This document shows positions 1 through 14,517 of a DNA stretch of 64,000 bases, piece after piece. Source of the DNA: Octopus vulgaris. Lineage: Eukaryota. Made by a program: the position numbers and the translations under genes. How positions within the stretch are numbered: the first letter of the stretch is position 1; each line of letters begins with the position of its first letter. The stretch is taken from assembly GCA_951406725.2 (NCBI GenBank), contig OX597819.1:76756001-76820000 (forward strand), written 5' to 3'. The notes beneath the pieces are model-generated. The model did no database searches. It was not told the origin of the DNA and saw only the letters and a program-made list of their open reading frames with translations.

Positions 1-246
1 AAAATATAATTTACCAATAAACAAAAAAAAAAACAGAAAAAAAAAGAAAAGAAATATTCCAGAAGAATATTCAAACGATCACAGTGAAGAAAACATATCT
101 CATATTTCACTAGGTTTATTTTCTGAATCAAGAAATCAAGAAACAAGGAAACTGTCTGCTTTTGAAATCAATTCTAAATATGGTTATTAGAAACAATAAG
201 CGTGATTTTGAATCACTGCATACGGAAATAATAATTTCCTCATTCA

Positions 247-316
247 ACTTACGCGTTTCTATATATCTCATTTTTCCCTTCGTCAGCCGTCTAAATGTTT
301 TAAACATCATCAGAGT
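247..316 (-). ncRNA. Type I hammerhead-like motif with long stem II
   Basis: Minus strand: ACU-CUGAUGA-(47 nt imperfect stem, CAUUU/AAAUG)-GAAA-CGCG-UA-AGU. Palindromic stem III ACGCGU; stem I only 3 bp. Confidence 0.5.
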
Positions 317-429
317 ACTTAATTCTATTGGCAAAATGTTATCCTTTAATCTCAGTATGATTGTGTCTTTTCAATTTTTATCAATTTGTCAATCAATTTT
401 TAGTTTTATTATTACTGACACCGTTATAT

Positions 430-446
430 ATTATTATTATTATTAT

Positions 447-496
<50 letters not shown>

Positions 497-498
497 TC

Positions 499-529
<31 letters not shown>

Positions 530-559
530 ACATTATTATTATTATTATTATTATCCTCA

Positions 560-612
<53 letters not shown>
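430..612. repeat. Compound (TTA)n/(TAG)n microsatellite
   Basis: Directly visible; explains the poly-I/S/N/T ORFs. Confidence 0.97.
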
Positions 613-622
613 TTCTTCGTCA

Positions 623-1045
623 AGGCAGCCAACAGGCACAATAGTTAGTGCGTTGAGCAAAAATGGTTAGCCTCATTTCTTCCGGTTTTACGTTCTGAGT
701 TCAAATTTCACCGAGATCGACTTTGCTTTTTTACCTGTTTGGTATCGATAATGTTAGTATCAAACAAGCTCTGGAGTCGGTATTGTCGAATAGCACTCTC
801 TACCAAATTTTCGAACCTTGTGCCTATAGCAGACTATTATTATTAACTGGCAGAATTGTTAGCATGCCGGGCAAAATGCTTAGCGGCATTTCGTCTGCTG
901 CTACGTTTTGAGTTCAAATTCCACCGAAGTTGACTTGGCCTTTAATCCTTTCGGAGTCGATTAACTAAGTACCAGTTACGTACTGGGGTCGATGAAATAG
1001 AATAGTTCCTTCTCCTACAATTTCAGGCATAGTGCCTTTAATAGA
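623..1045 (+). mobile_element. Two diverged copies of tRNA-derived SINE family A
   Basis: Both carry the B-box-like gagttcaaatt followed by gtcgac/gttgac...cctttc...aagtaccag, as in better copies at 4142-4374 and 62920-63081. Confidence 0.8.
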
Positions 1046-1048
1046 AAG

Positions 1049-1149
<101 letters not shown>

Positions 1150-1169
1150 CAGCAGCAGCAGCAGCAGCA

Positions 1170-1690
1170 GTTAGCAAACCAGAAAAGGCTATTAGTAAAG
1201 GCATCGCGACCGACGTGACAATGGCCCTTGACCATTTCTTTGAGGCGAAACGCGAAGGGTACTATGTCAGAAACAAGAAAATATAAAGTCCCGCTGCTGC
1301 CAACATTACCAACACTACAAATGATTTGGATGTGGCCGTCATTAGTCGATTTAGATGGGGCCCGTAGACAGGGATCCGGTTACTGGAAGTTGAATACATC
1401 CTTACCGACTTGCAAATACTTCAGGGACTTGATTAGCGAACTAGTTAAGCGGCAGTTGGTGGATCGCTCTGAAGAGAACAATTAGAGCTGAATTGATAGC
1501 GTTTAGCAAAGATTTAACAATAGAAAGAAATAGATTAGAGGGAGAACTAGTTAGCAAACTAGAAAAGGTTATTACTAAAGGCATTGCGACCGGCGTGAGA
1601 ATGGCCCTTGACCATTTCTTTGAGGCGAAACACGAAGGGTGCATTGTCAGAGCCCGTGCGCTTAAATACGAAGGAACTAAAGCCGTCCTA
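1170..1690 (+). mobile_element. Degenerate Tx1/L1-group LINE ORF2 fragment with internal ~100 bp duplication
   Basis: GSGYWKLNTSL motif (post-endonuclease linker of Tx1/L1-type ORF2). 1170-1270 is repeated at 1550-1650. Confidence 0.6.
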
Positions 1691-2100
1691 TTCTCTATAT
1701 AATGGTAGCACTGAATCATAAAATTCCACAGGATCTTTGCATTATCATTTTCGATGAAGCCTTCAGGTTTGTGGTCGTACCAATTTTTTGCTATGTTAAG
1801 TTGCAAAGTTTCCAATAGATAATCCTTGCTATATTGTCGTGGCGTCTCTTATATTCCTTCTGGGTTAGTGGCGTACATTAGCTGGTAATATGCCAAACGG
1901 TTTCACCGTTTTGTCCACAGATTCTGCACTTAACACTTTCTGATGTATTGTCAATTCTATATTTTATGTAGTTTGTTCTTTGTGCTTGCTCTTGGGCAGC
2001 ACAGATTAGAGCCTCCGTTTCCGTTTTAAATCACTTTTAGTCATCCACAGTCATCTTTTTTCTCTGTTTGTCTTGTCTTCAACATCCCATGCATTCTTTT
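1690..2100 (-). mobile_element. R4/Dong-clade (RLE) non-LTR retrotransposon fragment
   Basis: Translates across frameshifts as LKTETEALICAAQEQA..CRICGQNGETVWHITS.C..EYKRRHDNIAR..WYDHKPE..ENDNAKILWNF: a CCHC knuckle plus RHD motif. Confidence 0.85.
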
Positions 2101-2259
2101 CTTTACTCACCTATTTTCAGTTTCATTCATTTTCAATTGTTTGTACAGTGCTTTATCTTTGCAATCTTTCAGCCTACACAAGCTTAACCTTCTTACTTCT
2201 AATAATAGCGGTTCTGTGGCATTTTTTACACACCATGCTATGTTGTTTTCTTATGCTCT

Positions 2260-2377
2260 ATTATTATTATTATTATTATTATTATTATCATTATTATTAT
2301 TATTATTGTTGTTGTTGTTGTTGTTGTTGTTATTATTATTATTATTGTTGTTGTTGTTGTTGTTATTATTATTATTA

Positions 2378-2423
<46 letters not shown>

Positions 2424-2443
2424 CATTATTATTATTATTATTA

Positions 2444-2530
<87 letters not shown>
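2260..2530. repeat. (TTA)n/(TTG)n microsatellite
   Basis: Directly visible. Confidence 0.97.
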
Positions 2531-2815
2531 GGGGACGCCCTGCTAGAATAGATAGCGCGCCGGACGAAAAGCTTAGCGGTATTTCGCCCGTCTCTACGTT
2601 CTGAGTTCAAATTCCGCCGGGGTCGACTTTATCTTTCATCCCTTCAGGGTGATAAAATAAGTACCAGCGTAACACTGGTGTCAATGTAATCGACTCATCC
2701 CCTCCCCCAAAATTGCTGCCCTTATGGATAAATTAAGTACCAGTGTAACACTGGGATCAATGTGATCGTCTATCCTCCTCCCCAACAAATTCCAGATTTT
2801 GGGCCTATATCAGAA
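2531..2815 (+). mobile_element. SINE family A
   Basis: gagttcaaattccgccggggtcgac core; partial duplication of the 3' part. Confidence 0.8.
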
Positions 2816-3479
2816 AGGAATATTGTCATTGAGAAGTAAAAAGGTTATGAGAGGTTATATGTAGTACGTAACGCAGATTTCCGTCCGTCTTTATATCTTA
2901 TTCCAAAGAGGTCAATGACAGAAGTCATTATTATAATTCGGGTTGCTGTTGTTCTTGTCGTTGTTCTTGTTGTTCTGTATGTCATTACGAATAAAAGCAA
3001 ACGTATGAAAGGCATAGATCTAGACAATAATTGCTCCTTACAAAGTACGTGTACAAGAAATCCGTGCAAACGATACAAATGAATTAATTAGCAAAGACAT
3101 ATTTAGTGTGTTTATATAATGCATACATCAAAATGAGTATGTATCTGTTAAATACTTCAGTTGTATGTATATGTATATGTATACATATGTATATGTATGT
3201 ATATGTATATGTATACATATCCATGTATGTGTGTCTGTGTGTGTGTGTGCTTGTTTGTATACATGTGTGTGTTTAGGTCAGTATGTATGGCTATGAAAGT
3301 TCAAATATACAAACTGCTACGTAAATACGCTGCTAATAATTGTATGCCTATACATACGGATTTGGGGTCCTAAGTACTTGTGATATGCGAGAGTGTGTGT
3401 GTGCGTACGCGTCGTGCGTGCGTGTGTGTGTACACGTGATTATGTGTGCGAACGTTTGTGTCTGCATGAGAGAGAGAGC

Positions 3480-3561
<82 letters not shown>

Positions 3562-4002
3562 ATTTGAATGTAGGTCATTGGCTAGGTGACGTTGCTGAAT
3601 TCTTTTCGAAAATATATAGTTTTCAAAGTGACACACAGACACTGATCTAATAAATAGCCAAACAGCTACTCTGTGCTGATAAAGGGCAATAACCCAGAAA
3701 TCGGCCCACAGATGTTGCATTGTGCTGGATGGGAGTATGGGCTGGACTCCCTGTTATAACGACACAGATACCGTATCGTATAGCCAGCGGGAAACGATAT
3801 TTCCTACGGCTAAACAGCAGTAACAATCGTCCCTTCCAGGACAACCACGTCATGTTGGTAAATAGACTTTACTATAATAAAATCAATTTTGCATTAATGT
3901 GAAGAATTACACCCTACTTTTGAAGAGCACAATTTTTTTTATTCTTTAAGAAAAATGGTATTGACAGTGACTTCGAAGTTTGAACCAGCTAAGCCCATTG
4001 TC

Positions 4003-4042
<40 letters not shown>

Positions 4043-4141
4043 CGTGAGTGTGTATGAGGGAGAGAAAGAGAGGGAGAGAAAGGCGTGAAAGAGAAAGAGA
4101 AAGAGAGAGAGGGAGAGTAGGGCGCACCAAATGAAATAATA

Positions 4142-4374
4142 CCTATTTCTTTACTACCCACAAGGGGCTAAACACAGAGGCGACAAGCAAGGACAGACAA
4201 ACGGATTAAGTCGATTATATCGACCCCAGTACGTAACTGGTACTTATTTAATCGACCCCGAAAGGATGAAAGGCTAAGTCGACCTCGGCAGAATTTGAAC
4301 TCAGAACGTAGCGGCAGACGAAATACTGCTAAGCATTTCGCCCGGCATGCTAACGTTTCTGCCAGCTCGCTGCC
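4142..4374 (-). mobile_element. Full-length SINE family A with TSD
   Basis: Head ggcagcgagctggcagaaacgttagc (A box), B box gagttcaaattc, tail aaagaaatagg. TSD aaatgaaataata at 4129-4141 and 4375-4387. Confidence 0.92.
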
Positions 4375-5051
4375 AAATGAAATAATACCATTTAGTTATT
4401 CCCGGAACTGAAGAGTAATTTGAGACACAACAAATGTTTGAGGAATAAAACAAAAAAAAAAGATATACGGAAACTTTGATACAGTTATATTAACGACAAA
4501 CAATCAACAAAGCGGAATCTGCTGATGTTGTTTTAAAGCTATTACTTAACGTCTAAATCTCTACTGTGATGACAGAATAATTGTCTAGGTAAGGATTACG
4601 AACTTCGAGGTGGTCTCTTTATCTGTTCTTAGTCCGGATACTTAATTATTATCTATCTAATCGCATAAACTTTCCAAATGAAACCGTTTGCAGCAATCAT
4701 TAAGGAGTTATCCACCGGCGATTCAGGCACTACATTAAACTGTCAGGGCTATGCGTTGGTAGGTATAGTCAGTCTCGTAGTAAACGGCGTATTCTATTTA
4801 ATATCGAACCTCGACATACTGGGTTCAGTTTCATGTAGGTTGAATTTGAATTTTAGCCACCCAGGGTTGATACAATAAATATCATTATATAATCGTTTCT
4901 AACATCGATACAAAACTAGGAATGTGTTGTTGGGGCGAGTTAGTCGATCATATCGATCTCAGAACGCCTATTGCTACATTAATTTATCGGTCCCGGAAGG
5001 AGCAAAGGTTGACCACTAACAGCAAAAATAAAAAGTTTTCTAGACATCATA

Positions 5052-5330
5052 CGCAAGCATGGCTATGGAGTTAAGAAGTTCACGTGATAACTATGCGGTC
5101 CTGGGTTCATTTCCATTGACTAGCACCTTGGGCAAATGTCTTCTACGGTAACTCTAGGCCGATGAAGACCTTTTACATATACGGAAAGTGTGTAGAAGCC
5201 CATCATATATGCGTACACCTGCGTTTTTATGTTTGTCCCTCACAGCTTGACAACTGGTGTCGGTCGGTTTACATCCTCGTAACTTACCACTTTGGGAAAA
5301 GAGATCGACAGATTAAGTACTAAATTTTAA
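5052..5330 (+). mobile_element. SINE family B (diverged)
   Basis: tggctatggagttaag A box, gggttcat B box, accttgggcaaatgtcttc core. Confidence 0.7.
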
Positions 5331-6547
5331 ATTGTTGCTGGAGGTACAGACGCGATAACGGTTAGATTAGTGTTGCCTTAACTGGGAGTGACGTGCTATG
5401 TTAACATGGGGCTGTGTCAGACGAGTGCACGAAATATAATTTACGTGCAAGGCCAGAATTTTCGATTTGAAGGGGTGAGTTGATGCACATATTTGATTAA
5501 TGCTTCATTTTATTGACCCCCCCCCGAGGTAAATTGTTCAGTTGACCCCGACGAAAATTAAAATCTGAACTTAAAAACCTGCAATACATATAGAAAAGCA
5601 TTTTGTCCAACCTTTTAATGATTCTGACAACCCAGCGCATTCTATTACTGCAATACAAAATAATAAATACAAATTATTGACAATCACAATGGATACTGGT
5701 GTCATCAGACGAAGGATCGCACAGAACATTATGACAAAATAAAATTGTGAATGCAGTATAAAAATATTTTCAGTGTAGGTAAAATAGGAGAAATGGAACG
5801 AGGAGAGTAAGAGGCTGGCAGTTGGACAACGTGAGAGGTTACAACAAGTAGATAAAAAAAATAAAAAGGTAGAGGACTAAATGTAAGTGCACAAGAACAT
5901 TCAAAGTAAAATGTTGTGCATAGTAAATTATACGGCGAAGAAAGGATAAAGAAAAGTAAATTGACAGTTCGGATAAACACTTCATCAAAGTAGAGTAAGA
6001 AAGAAATAAGCAAGAGAAAGAAAAAAAGAAAAAAAACGACACCTGTTTATACCACGTGTGTAACTTTCAACAACGGGAAAAATTCACATTTAAATCGCTA
6101 ATACAGAATTCCCAGTACTCGGATAATGTCAGATGAACTACAAATATTTAAATAGGCTAACATTGAAGTAATTCTTTAGCAATTATATTTCGTCTACTTT
6201 TGATTTGTAATTATTTCTCACATTCATTTTGTTTTTATTGTCTTTCTTGGAGTCGGAATTTAAATTTCAGAACTGATGGCACGATGGCGATCGAAACACC
6301 ATCGTTCTTGATTATCAAATTTGAAAAAACACCTCTCTTATTTTAAAACGGTGGGATTACTTTCATACAGACTAATGTTTGATAAATTGGTAGATAAATT
6401 TTGATCCCTTGCTGACTTGAGCGTGCTCAAAGAACAAGGTGTTTTTTCTATTATTTATATATTGGCAATCTTATTATGGAGAAATTTTCGTTCCAAAGAT
6501 ATTTTTGTTTATACTCTGTCAATATCATTATTACGGAATATCATCAT

Positions 6548-6606
<59 letters not shown>

Positions 6607-7059
6607 GTGAATTTCAGTTAATTCGCTAGACACGATAAATTTCAGAGTTCTTTAATATACTGTAATTGAAAGTCTCTAAATTACTAGCATGAGGAGGTTT
6701 GTGAATCCGAACCTGCTTTCCCTTCAGTTATCTAGTGTTTGATTATATTGTGAAACTTTATGCAAAAATAATCGAAAGATAATTGAAAAGAAAACGGTTA
6801 TTTTTTTCATATATAAAGATCTCATGGCTATGCGTAAAAACGTCTCAAACGGTTTTCTTAAATTAGTGCGTTTTCTTACTTTAGTGTATAAGTTTAAAAC
6901 CTTATACAAGAGAGATTACGAACCGCCCGCTTATGGAACTGTTTAAACGATATGTTTAAAAAAGCCTTGAAACGAAGTCTATTTCTCTGATCCAAGTCAA
7001 AGACAAAGGAGTCAATCACATGCACAAAAGCCAATTCCATACACACAAGGTGTTGTTCA

Positions 7060-9330
7060 TAATGTTGCTTATGTGAGACAAAATTTTTTCATTTTTTTTT
7101 TCTTGAGGCAGAGGTCACATCACATATTTTATTGGAAGCTACTGTTGCTTTATTATTTAACGCTATGAACTAACCTCACTTGAAAATTTTTGACAAAACC
7201 GTAGCACATTTTCTCCAGGGCTGACAAATGAATGTTTTTACTTATAAAATCGTTTTTTGAATGTCAATTTTATTGCTTAAATTTATATTTTAAGTTCGAC
7301 TCTGTTGTTTGTTTCTTTGCTCTGTGTGTTTTTGGATTTGCCAAATATTTACCATCTAGTGGGCAATTCTTATGAATTCTGATATTCCATGATTGATATT
7401 GGACAGCTGTTTACTTATCCGTTTCATTGAACCGAAATTATTACTAACTGAACAACTAACCTTTTCACAGCTCCTTTTTAATATCTTATTACAGTTATGC
7501 TCGAACGAAAAATATTAATCTATCAAATTAAGGAATTCCCTGACTATATTAGTTCTCACCGCTAAATTAAATATTGGGTTATACCATAAACTATTCCTTT
7601 TCCTTATTTCTTTCCCATTGTTCTGTGCTTTCAGTGATTCTGTGTATCTTATCTTTTGGCAGAACCCACTATTTCTGAGTGCTTCATTACAATACACAGC
7701 TACTTACATAAAAGCATCTTCATCGAGAGATAAAGACGATATACGTTTACGAACGTTGTCGATCAAGTTCCTCGAGATAATGGGCGAGTGGTTTGATTGC
7801 CTGTGCATATACACTAATTCTTCATTCGGTGCGTGATATAATCTGAAGCTATTACTATACAGCGTCAAGGTCGTATTTAGCAAATCATTGGCAATAAGGT
7901 TAGCATCAACTGTAACACTAATTTCTATTTTCTGAATACATTAATCAGATTCTTTTTACGTGTATCTAACTTATGATCGTTACGATTACTCAATGGATCA
8001 AGCCAACATACCAATATAAACACAATCTATTTCAGGAAATTTCTTTCTCAATAAATCTAGAGTATATAGTCCTATATTTTCTCTCTCTTGAGCACCATTA
8101 TCTGCTACCACAGACACACCGAATAATTCTAACCAATGAATCGTCACCCGAAGTGTCTGAGATTTATTTCTATTAATAATCGCATCCCTCTCCGGCTCAC
8201 TAGTATCTGATTGTTTTCGCAAAATCAAGGACTTTCACTAACAAAAGTGTGGTTATTAAACTATAAAAGTCTGATATGTCAAACTGTGTGAATCCACAGT
8301 TTTTCTTCGTTTTTATCCTTCGAAAACATTACAGTACTTCTAAACTGTAATGAACAAACAACTTTTACTCAGATAGTGACTTTTTCGGATCTTTTCGGTT
8401 TGAACGGCAGTTTTTCTAGCGGTGTCATATGAAATTGTCACCCATAATTATGACCCTAGTATCGATCTATTGCATTTCAATCTGTTTTAGAGTTAGGGTT
8501 AGTTAGGGTTAGGGGTGGGGGGAAGGGTATCTTTTTTTCTTCAGAAATGTAAATAAACCTAATCAGTTTCTGAAACGAGGGACATATTCATACGGCACAA
8601 AATGATTTTACCTCAATGGACGTAATTGATTGGTTGAAATTGCAGAAATTGAAGAAAAAAAAACAACAAATATCTTACAAACTATAGAATTTTCGCAATA
8701 AAACCAAGAGAAAAAGATGTTTTATAAACACATTCTACCAATATACGAAGTTTAAATTTTTTTAGTTACCTAGAAATTATGTTAAAAACAGCAGTTCAAA
8801 CCGAAAAGATCCACTTTTTCTAATATTTCTTTGCTAATTATATCAAACACTGGCTTTCCTAGATTAATTAATCTACGGTTAGCGTTACTCTCGAAGTTTA
8901 TTTTATGATCTTTAATTGTTATAAAAGGGAACTGGAGTGCCAGGCATTGCACTTTACCAACAAATGAACTATCTTTTTGATGCTAAATCTTTGGCTTTTA
9001 GACTAATAAACCTATAAGTTTCGTTTCTAGATTATTTTCATAAATGTTTCTTATACTATTTAGTAAAAGCCTTTTATATGTGCTAGCGTGTATTCTATAC
9101 ACATCCCTTGTTATATGTGAGAGGCCGAGGCAACTTTCAGCTAACCTGATTCGCATAGAAACATCGAATTCAACTAATTCCTTATGGAATTTGATTCTTA
9201 ATAAGTTGATTAAAATATTCTCATCAAATTTTGGCAAAACTTTAGTGTAAAGGTGGACGTTAAGTGTTCTGAGGCCAAATTTAATCTCTTTATCATGTCT
9301 AAGCTTGCCATTTTTCGAAGAGATTAAAAT
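7060..9330 (-). mobile_element. Decayed near-full-length Penelope-like retroelement (RT + GIY-YIG)
   Basis: Minus-strand motifs in the expected order: FDENILINLLRIKF, KNCGFTQFDISDFY (RT), WYNPIFNLAVRTNIVREFLNLID, CPLDGK, CDLCL. Many stops; interrupted by a MITE. Confidence 0.85.
8387..8812. mobile_element. MITE (426 bp) with ~29 bp TIRs, 8 bp TSD and internal TTAGGG-like repeats
   Basis: TIRs ggatcttttcggtttgaacggcagttttt / aaaaacagcagttcaaaccgaaaagatcc. TSD actttttc at 8379-8386 and 8813-8820. Confidence 0.93.
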
Positions 9331-9556
9331 TCAACAGCAAGCGGCTTATAAACACGCCCATTTTCTCCATCATTGATTTCATAAGATACTTCGTATGCCT
9401 CAAATTCACACTCGTGCTTATCCATAGACAGCTACAAGTACTTGTCTTCGTAAAGGGGTTCTACAGATTTAAGAGATAATACATAAATACATACGTGTAT
9501 ATATGTATGTATGCGTTTGTGTGTATAGGTTTATATATGTATGTATGTATGTATTT

Positions 9557-9597
<41 letters not shown>

Positions 9598-9599
9598 TT

Positions 9600-10032
9600 T
9601 TTGTCTTTTCCTTTGTTCAGTCATTGGACTGCTACCATCCTGAGACATCGCCTTGAAAGGTGTAGTCGAAAACAAATTGCCCACGCAACTTTTTTTAAGC
9701 TCAGCACCTATTCTATCAGTTTCTTTTGCCGAACCTCTAAGTCACAAGGACATAAACAAACCAACGCTGGTTGCCAAGCAGTAGTGGGGGACAAAAGCAA
9801 ATACGAAGGCACACACTCATGCAACCCCACACACATATATATATAGATGTGTGTATATGTATGTGTGTGCGCGTGTATATATATATAAACATGCGACGTA
9901 CTTCTTTGAGTTTCCGTCTACCAAGTCTTCTCACAAGATATATAGCAGCAGGTACATATCAAAGGTGCCATGCAGTGGGACTAAACCCAGAACCATGTGG
10001 CTGAAGAGCAAACTTCTTCTCCCAACCATGCC
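9600..10032 (-). mobile_element. SINE family B with internal microsatellite
   Basis: Reverse complement matches the 15235-15590 copy (gagtttccgtctacc, cagtcattggactgc). Confidence 0.8.
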
Positions 10033-10121
<89 letters not shown>

Positions 10122-11767
10122 TTACGCGTGTGTGTGTGTTTAAATGTTTTTCCTTGAAATAATTAGTTGTTTGTGCATGACCTCTTTTGAGAAACAAAAC
10201 GTTTAGTTAACTCACACTACACAAACTAGCACTCTGTTGAATCACCGAACACAGCACACAAGCTCTCCTTCCCTATGTATATCTCACTACATAACACTTT
10301 TCACACCAAACACCTCTTTCTTCCCCCCTCTCTCTCTCTCTCTCTCACTGTTTCTCTCTCTCCCTCTTTTTCTCAGGCCTTTTTTCTCTCGCAAGCCATA
10401 AATCATTCTCTAATTCTAGAAAGTAAAGCAATATATCAGAGAGAGAAAATATATGAGTTTTTGCATATGTAGGTAACAGAAATGAAGATAAGGAATGTGT
10501 AGGAAGACGGTTATGTCAGAGACAAGGAAATGTAAAAATAAGATAGTAATAAAAGAATATATGCAAGATGGGAGGAGAAAGAAAGTAAGAAAGTTAGAAA
10601 GAGAGAAGGGAGTGAAAGAAAAGTGTTTAGGCTGTAGAGAAATGAGAAAGTATAAGAGTTAAAGATGGAGAGGGAGAAAGAAAGACTGACAGACAGGCCA
10701 ACAGATAGTTAGGTAGACTGAATTATTACTGGTAGACGATATTGCCTGCACGAAGTATATCGAGATACTTACTTACATACTTTATCAGCCATGACGACGA
10801 CTACTATGATGCTTGTACAATGTATATATATATTTACTAGCTTAAAGCCGTCCAATAAGCTTTTAAGCTAGCTCCTGTGGAGGGCCCTTCATTAGGCATT
10901 GAGCCCAAGAATGACATTTCATGCATTGAGTACATATTAAATTTTATTAAACTTAAACAATATTTTTGCAAGCGATGAACAATTTTCATCAGAACAATGA
11001 TATAATTTATCGACTTGGACTCATTGCAAAGCTGCACGATAAACAACAGTAGCACTACAATATCTGCCATAGAAACACCATTCAGACTTCTGACACCACC
11101 ACTTTCAATACCTTTGACTTCGCCGCCTTCCCCTCCACCATCATCACCACTGTCTTTCACATCACTTACTCACACCGTCATCCCTGACCTCCTCGGCTAC
11201 CACCACCATCATCACCAATGCCTCTGCCTCTATCTCAACTACATCTCATACTAATACTCTCACCCCATTATCATCGTTCAGTATGGTGGTTCAGTGTTCA
11301 GTCCCTATTTCTCTCACATACTCACTCTTTCTCTCTCTTTATTATTACTCCCACTACAACCATCAACACTACTATTTTTTATAAAAACAACATCAACACT
11401 CCCTAAATTTCTTTGTCTCTCTTTCTCTCCCTCTCTTTTTCTTTCTCTCTTTCTTTCTTTGACTGTCTTCGCCACCACCCTCACCATCTCTGTACCTACT
11501 ATTACTCTCACCCCAGCATGAGCAATAGTAAAAGTGTCAATGAATAGTGAGATAGGGGGCGAAGTGTGACACACTGACACACAGAAATTAGTTTTCGCAT
11601 TTATTATATTTATATGCGCTCGTTCAATATAGATGTATGTCATTATTCAGTTTCATTTCAAAAATTTTTACCCATAGAGAAAGAGCTGGTTCCTAACCTA
11701 GATCCAGAGCTCTTTCATTGGAATTTCAACATCGACAGGGTATTTTTGTGTGTATGTATATGTATAC

Positions 11768-11800
<33 letters not shown>

Positions 11801-13624
11801 TGTATGTATGTATGCATGCATGTATGCATGTATGCATGTATGTATGTATGTATGGATGGATGGATGCATGCATGCATGCATGTATGTATGTATGTATGTA
11901 TGTATGTATGTATCTATGTATGTATGTATGTATGTATGTATGTGTTTCTTCTGTTTTAATCATATGCATTCTTCCTCTGAAGGAGCTAGTTTCTAACAAA
12001 GATACAAAGCCCCATCTTTGGAATATATACAACGAAAACAGTGTCACATTTTAAATCTGAGAAAAGTCGTGCATAGTTTTACTGTTCCGTTTACAGATTG
12101 TATTTGTAATGTGCGAATCAGTTGGTTGATTTCTTTTTCTGAAAATCCAAGCTTGTCCAGACTGACAGTTAGGCATTTACTTACAAAACCAAGTGCTTCA
12201 GTTACTATTGGTATGCATGTATGTATTATGTATGCATGAAGACAAACAGGGACTGGCAGACAGAGCCTTCGCACAAAAGTGAGTATCCTACGGTAGGATG
12301 CATCATACTTTCGTTAATTGCTTTAGGCACCTTTGTAGTCGTAAGTAGATGTAGACACTCTTTCAGGTTTCCTGGTCTTAACTCACAGGATCATTGAGAG
12401 TATAAAAGGCTGCACGGAGGAGAGAAAGAGAGGGGGGGCTCGCTTGAACCAGTATTTGGCTGGTTTTCATTTTAGCTGAGTATACTGGAGAAACGTGAAT
12501 GCAATGCCTTGCACAAGAGCACCATGCTTTGCCTGGTTCAGTCCGGTGTGAAGTTATAGTTTGGATGAATATATATGATTGCTTCAAAGAAGAATTGCTT
12601 GCAATATGTGCTATCTTTAATATAGCCTGTTAGCACAATCTTATGAGAGCGACATTTGTTGTAGTTGCTTTCTCTGAAGTATTTAAGCAAACTATTTAAA
12701 AGGGGATTATTATGACGTTTTATGTTTGTTTATTTTTTTTTTTTGTCTTTTTTTTTCGAACAGACTACAGAAACTAAAGAAGGCACCTTTTCAAGTTCGT
12801 CTGTGGGCTAAGTATTTTATTTGACATTTGAAATATTTGGAAATTGGATTAAGTCCTACTAATTTCTTAGATAAATATTTATTCGCTTTCTTTTTTTTTT
12901 AACACGATGACATTACCTTAGTGGACCGCAGTCAAGATCGAATAAGTAGAAACAAGTACAAAGACAAAAGAATTAACACATATAAAAAAAATACTGTAGT
13001 CTTCAATTTATAAAGACATTTGATGAGGAAGTCATCAAGGAAAATTAAGCACGTAATTCCTGTCAAATCAAAATTGATATTACTAAATCGGATCTAGGTC
13101 TCTTGAAAGGTCTGTGTGAGTGTCTGGCAGGTGCTTGTGAAAGAGATAGAGATAGATAGAGGGAGAGAGAGGGATTTAGTGAGTGTATGTGTGTTTCCTC
13201 ATTAGCGAAAGGCAAGGTAGAGCATGTTCTCTCGCGATGCAGGTTTCGTTCTTATTTAAATGCTCCTTTTGACAATATAATAATGAGTGATTGCCATAAA
13301 GACTAACAAATGATGTAGTGAAAGAAAGCTTCTGTGCGTGTGTGTGTGCGTGCATGTTGCCTTTTTGAGTGTGTGAGTGTGTATGTGTGCATATTTGTGT
13401 GTATCTGCCTGTGCGTTGGAATTAAAATGACGTGGAAAAATTACGCAATATTTGAGTAGAGTGTATGTATGTATATATGTATGTATATATGTATGTATAA
13501 ATATATGTATATATATATATATATATACATACATATGTATATACATACACACACGCAAACGCACGCACACAAACTCTCTCACAGACGTGCATACATTCAT
13601 ACATGCATACACGCATAGAATAGT

Positions 13625-13840
13625 ACAAGAGAAAGGGGACATCTATGGATCATTCGCAAGGAGTTTAGAAATCCAGTACCGAAGATACACTTCCCCCTCC
13701 ATGCCTATTATTATAGGAGCATCGGGAAACGTTTTCATGGGGAGAGGAGGCAACTCCTTAATTCATGCACCTCAAATGTTTGTGATATTTGGGACTATAA
13801 AGATCTGCAAAAAACCTTCTTAAGATTTTAAAGGGATGAA
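13625..13840 (+). mobile_element. 3' end of an RLE-type LINE (fragment)
   Basis: PIIIGASG followed by GTIKICKK, resembling the IIIGALG...GT.KI C-terminus of RLE LINEs. Confidence 0.45.
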
Positions 13841-14398
13841 TTTCCATCAAGCCAGGTGGCTGGTCAGAATGAATAGTAAATTAAATAGAGTAAGAAAATA
13901 TACTTCATTTGACAACCGGTGTTGGTTTGTTTACTTCCCCGTAACTGAGCGGTTCGAAAAAGAGATGAATAGAAAAATACCAGGCTTGAAAAATAAGTAC
14001 TGGCTTCGAAATGTTCGGCTACATACTTCAAGGAGGTGCTTCAGAAGGGCCAAAGAGCTAAGTCTAGTGTAGAGTCACTTTCATTTTCAGTGTTACGTTT
14101 ACAACTCTAGACGTGTGCTGGATTCGTTTAGGACCTATTCAGCAATGTACTCTGGCTAATTGATTCACCACATACCGAATTTATAAAACAATGAATCAAC
14201 ATGACCAGGATTAACTACATCGTTAATTCATTGTTTTTCTCTTTGCCTACGTAAAAAAGTGTTACTGTCATGGAGATTCTTACAATAGTAGAAAAGGAAT
14301 TTTTAACTCCTATTTTTATAAATTAGGTATGTGGTGAAGCAATTGGCTGAACCCTAATTATAATTATGTTTATAATTATAATATATATATATCAGAGA

Positions 14399-14517
14399 GG
14401 CTTCTTTCAGTTTTCGTCCACCAAATCACAAGGCTTTGGTAGGCCCCAGGCTATAGCAGAAGACACTTTCCCAAGGTGTGGTTGGCAAGCAAGTTTCTTA
14501 CTACACAGCCACGCCTA
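14399..14517 (-). mobile_element. SINE family B 5' half
   Basis: ggcttctttcagttttcg...ctacacagccacgcc. Confidence 0.75.

Noticed and set aside
361-660. Homopolymeric and dipeptide ORFs here and throughout (poly-I/N/Y/L, YI, CV, HT, MYVC)
   Set aside because: They are translations of microsatellites; there is no coding signal.
3570-3865. GC-richer unique segment with promoter-like words and a possible donor site
   Set aside because: No recognisable protein in any frame; short motifs are expected by chance.
6270-6307. ctgatgg...gaaac motif resembling an HHR
   Set aside because: A9 is altered and stems I and III do not pair; a plain acgatgg/ccatcgt hairpin explains it.
12150-12655. Possible solo LTR (TATA box, ends in gaca, internal hairpin)
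   Set aside because: No matching 5' end or TSD found.
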